Virus record (IMG/VR): IMGVR_UViG_3300049448_000339
Location: 1 to 27,412 of that record
Origin: a virus
Taxonomy: Duplodnaviria > Caudoviricetes
Length of the DNA: 27,412 nucleotides
Direction: 5' to 3' (one strand)
A program made the position numbers and the translations under genes. The notes beneath the pieces were generated by a model. It was given only the letters and a program-made list of their open reading frames with translations. It searched no databases and had not been told where the DNA came from. Shown here one piece after another: positions 24,762 through 27,412 of this stretch; within the stretch, counting starts at the first letter, position 1, and every line of letters starts with the position of its first letter.

Positions 24762-25460
24762 ATGGAGAAAATCAAAAAGATGACGATCGCAGAGAAGGTC
24801 CTCCGCTTCATCGCGGAGAGCCCGAACGGTCGGATGCTCGGCGAGATCCAGAAGTTCATCTACGAGCACAACTACCCGGGCCAGAGCGACGGGAAGCGGA
24901 AGTCCTACCGCTACAACGAGAGGACCGGACGCTCCATCCCCTGCGAGGTCAAGATCTACAAGGGCTACTGGGGAACCAACCTGACCGGCAACCCGACGAA
25001 CGCCGGCATCCTCGAGAGCTTCTGCCTGAAGACGGCGGACCGCCGCTACGTCGTGACGGAGGAGATCAAGGCGCCGTTCTTCCGCCGGCACGGGTCGAAG
25101 GGGACGATGACCGAGACCTACAAGCTCCGTCGGGCCAAGTCCGCCTACGACTGGAAGCTCCGCGAGGCTCTCTCCCCGAAGTGCGCCGGCTGCGGCTACG
25201 CCAACGTCCACGGCGGCGAGGGATTCTCCACCCCCGACCGGAAGGCGCACTTCAACCACTGGTCCGTCGGGAACTGGAAGGCCGACTGCGCGGGCCGTGT
25301 CTGGTCCGGCGGCCACGGGCCGGGTGGCCTGCTGACCAAGCTCACCAAGGACCAGGTCATCGGGCTGGCCGAGTGCATGCGAAACAAGGGAGCACACTAC
25401 ACGCTGGTGGAAGACACCGTCCACCGGTTTGTTCTCGACAACATCGTGAAGGAGGGCTGA
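24762..25460 (+). CDS. Hypothetical protein; N-terminal domain related to 4449..4778
   Basis: ATG 6 nt after a -10 box; CAGCG. Confidence 0.8.
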   Translation: MEKIKKMTIAEKVLRFIAESPNGRMLGEIQKFIYEHNYPGQSDGKRKSYRYNERTGRSIPCEVKIYKGYWGTNLTGNPTNAGILESFCLKTADRRYVVTEEIKAPFFRRHGSKGTMTETYKLRRAKSAYDWKLREALSPKCAGCGYANVHGGEGFSTPDRKAHFNHWSVGNWKADCAGRVWSGGHGPGGLLTKLTKDQVIGLAECMRNKGAHYTLVEDTVHRFVLDNIVKEG

Positions 25461-25462
25461 AG

Positions 25463-25651
25463 ATGGGGCGCAGCATGAAGGGCGACTATTTCGAGGAAGA
25501 CGTGGACAAGCTGGTGCGTGGCGCACTGGCCGACATGGACGACGACATCGACGTGGAGGACATGCTGGACTACGTCGTCGGCCACATGGACCCGATGACC
25601 GAGAGCCAGCGTGAGCACGCACGTCTCATCATCGAGCGTCGCGTCGGCTAA
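25463..25651 (+). CDS. Small acidic protein
   Basis: GGAGG RBS; MGRSMKGDYFEED... Confidence 0.7.
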   Translation: MGRSMKGDYFEEDVDKLVRGALADMDDDIDVEDMLDYVVGHMDPMTESQREHARLIIERRVG

Positions 25652-25658
25652 CTTCTCC

Positions 25659-25687
25659 TTCCTCTCGGGAAGACTCTGTGGTATAAT
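25659..25687 (+). promoter_or_regulatory. Repeat-family promoter
   Basis: TTCCTC-17-TATAAT with TGTGG. Confidence 0.85.
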
Positions 25688-25693
25688 AGGTAT

Positions 25694-25822
25694 ATGAGGA
25701 CCAAGAATCATCGCGACTTCGCATACCACCGAGACCCGCTCGAGGACTTCCGCTGGGTGCAATTGCAGATCGGCTGGATGCTCATCTGTCTGCAGTACTG
25801 CCGGGTCAGGGCACGATCGTGA
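25694..25822 (+). CDS. 42-aa protein
   Basis: ATG 6 nt after a -10 box; GTGA overlap with the next gene; absent from the ORF track. Confidence 0.5.
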   Translation: MRTKNHRDFAYHRDPLEDFRWVQLQIGWMLICLQYCRVRARS

Positions 25823-25998
25823 CCGACACCTGGCCCGAGCGGTGCGGCATCCCGACCATCCAGAAGACGGACGAGATGCTGAAGTGGGTGATGGAGTGTC
25901 TGTCCGAGGAAGACAGGACGCAGGAGCACGCGAAGCAGGACCTCATGGAAGTCCGCAAGAACCTGCGGAAGATCATCCAAGATCTACAAACAAAGTAG
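25819..25998 (+). CDS. 59-aa helical protein
   Basis: MTDTWPERCGIPTIQK...; coupled; absent from the ORF track. Confidence 0.6.
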   Translation: MTDTWPERCGIPTIQKTDEMLKWVMECLSEEDRTQEHAKQDLMEVRKNLRKIIQDLQTK

Positions 25999-26027
25999 TG
26001 TACACCCGGCTCCCTTCGTGGTAGATT
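25999..26027 (+). promoter_or_regulatory. Repeat-family promoter (TGTAC class)
   Basis: TGTACA-17-TAGATT with GTGG. Confidence 0.8.
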
Positions 26028-26049
26028 AGAAGAATAGGAGGAAGCTCAA

Positions 26050-26541
26050 ATGGGTGTCGAGTACAGCTCACGAGTGGTCGTAGGGTTCGAGTTCGAGGCG
26101 GAGGACCTGGAGAACGTCTTCGCGCACGAGCAGCCAGAGCTCTCCCACATGGAGCCGAGATTCCACTCCAAGACCGGGAAGAAGCTGGCGGACGAGAAGG
26201 TCATCGACCAGAAGTCCCACACGATCTTCAGCCTCGAGCCTGCCGATGAGGGCGAGGACTGCCTCGAGACCTTCTGCGAGGAGCACCTGGCCGGCTACCT
26301 GGACTGTGCCGTCCACGTGGCCTCCGACTCCTGGAGCGGGAACGTGGGCAAGATCGTCATCGGCCCGCACATCAAGACGTCGGAGGAGTACGAGTTCGAT
26401 CGCATGACCCTCTACGCCGGGTGCCTCCTCAAGGACCTGCTGAAGCTGGAGCCGGAGCTTGAGCGCATCCGCAAGCAGCTGGTGAACCTCGGCCTCAAAC
26501 CCGGTGCGGCGGTCGTCACCGTCGTCACGAGCATCTACTGA
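26050..26541 (+). CDS. Hypothetical protein
   Basis: AGGAGG RBS after a promoter. Confidence 0.8.
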   Translation: MGVEYSSRVVVGFEFEAEDLENVFAHEQPELSHMEPRFHSKTGKKLADEKVIDQKSHTIFSLEPADEGEDCLETFCEEHLAGYLDCAVHVASDSWSGNVGKIVIGPHIKTSEEYEFDRMTLYAGCLLKDLLKLEPELERIRKQLVNLGLKPGAAVVTVVTSIY

Positions 26542-26879
26542 TGCGGGGCGTCAAGGTCTGGCTGGTCCGGGTGGGCGACGGCAATGGAGACACCCTCGAC
26601 CTGTACGGTCCCTTCCTCAGCCAGCAGGCTGTGGAGGACTGGATCAAGCCGCGGAAGGCGATCTTCCCTGACCTCGAGTACGAGCTCGAGCTGGTCACTC
26701 CCATCGACCTGAAGTGGAAGCACCCGCTGGACTGTCCGTACGAAGGGCCAGAGTCTCCGATCTGCGAGGACTGCGGAGAGCCGCTGAAGGCAGCGGACTA
26801 CGACCAGTTCTGGAGTCAGAACGGTCCGCTCGACGACTACCCTCGCTGCTGCAACGACTGCGCGGAGAAACTAGAATGA
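26541..26879 (+). CDS. Hypothetical protein with Zn-finger
   Basis: TGATG overlap; CEDCG...CNDC. Confidence 0.75.
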   Translation: MRGVKVWLVRVGDGNGDTLDLYGPFLSQQAVEDWIKPRKAIFPDLEYELELVTPIDLKWKHPLDCPYEGPESPICEDCGEPLKAADYDQFWSQNGPLDDYPRCCNDCAEKLE

Positions 26880-27022
26880 CCCGTCCCCTCCTTACACCCT
26901 TCGAGACCAAGTACGTCGTACTCCAGCATCCCGACGGCAGGCGCGAGAAGATCACGTTCGAGCGCTTCCTCGAGATGTGCGACACCCGGGAGATCCGCCG
27001 CTTCAGCTACACAATCCTCTAA
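26876..27022 (+). CDS. 48-aa protein
   Basis: GGAG RBS; ATGA overlap. Confidence 0.6.
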   Translation: MTRPLLTPFETKYVVLQHPDGRREKITFERFLEMCDTREIRRFSYTIL

Positions 27023-27031
27023 ACTTTCCTG

Positions 27032-27060
27032 TGTACACCGAGAAGACTCTGTGGTATATT
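27032..27060 (+). promoter_or_regulatory. Repeat-family promoter (TGTAC class)
   Basis: TGTACA-17-TATATT with TGTGG. Confidence 0.85.
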
Positions 27061-27066
27061 AAGACC

Positions 27067-27321
27067 ATGGAAGAAAAAGTGAAGCAGGAGAACGCGAGAC
27101 TCTGGCTCATGCGGAACGATCCCGAGGCGGCCAGCTTCTGGGAGGCGCTGCCCGAGGGTTCGGACTTCGTGTCCGCCCAGGCCGACAACATCCGCGACTT
27201 CGGTCCGGACCAGGAAGAAGAGACCTGTCACCCGCCGTACCCGTGGTGCCGGGGCAATCCCACCCGCGAAGCATGTGCCGCCGCCGGCTACTGCAAGAAA
27301 GACCCCAACTGTGGAGAGTAA
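27067..27321 (+). CDS. Hypothetical protein with Cys-rich C-terminus
   Basis: ATG 6 nt after a -10 box. Confidence 0.7.
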   Translation: MEEKVKQENARLWLMRNDPEAASFWEALPEGSDFVSAQADNIRDFGPDQEEETCHPPYPWCRGNPTREACAAAGYCKKDPNCGE

Positions 27322-27412
27322 GCGCATCTCGGAACGAGAGTACGTGAAGCTAGCAGGTCAGATCGGGGGGACGATCCTCCGACGGGACAAGAACGGAACT
27401 AGCTGGATGCTG
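27311..27412 (+). CDS. Partial hypothetical protein (runs off the window)
   Basis: Open frame from GTG 27311: MESKRISEREYVKLAG... Confidence 0.4.
   Translation, partial: MESKRISEREYVKLAGQIGGTILRRDKNGTSWML

Noticed and set aside
22961-27069. Repeats as a CRISPR array or integron attC sites
   Set aside because: Repeats are separated by whole genes, are not palindromic and match promoter geometry; no cas or integrase gene
1-27412. Stop-codon reassignment
   Set aside because: Known enzymes are full length in code 11, and TAG, TGA and TAA all end genes at sensible boundaries

Overview
About 27 kb of a large, GC-rich double-stranded DNA phage genome (non-structural, early/middle region). It carries roughly 60 tightly packed genes, almost all on the + strand, often joined by ATGA/TGATG/TAGTG overlaps. 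Recognisable functions are ThyX with an unusual insertion in its signature motif, an Nmad1/DUF1599-like protein, a 2OG-Fe(II) dioxygenase-like protein, a Mesh1/SpoT-type HD hydrolase, a 5'(3')-deoxyribonucleotidase, a Zn-domain-MazG fusion, an outer-membrane beta-barrel plus lipoprotein pair, a PTH2-like protein, an ATP-dependent DNA ligase, a truncated RadA/Sms ATPase, a PD-(D/E)XK nuclease, a receiver domain lacking the phospho-acceptor Asp and a metallophosphoesterase. The strongest non-coding signal is a family of about 25 sigma70-like promoters: an extended -10 (GTGG-TAnnnT) with a non-canonical -35 (CC-TTCCCT-like or TGTACA-like) exactly 17 bp upstream. Many drive apparently leaderless genes and cut the region into promoter-gene cassettes. 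There are also two paralogue pairs of unknown function and two candidate structured RNAs. No capsid, tail, integrase, tRNA or CRISPR features were seen. A diderm host, possibly a myxobacterium, is an inference only. All family assignments come from motifs read by eye, not from database searches.
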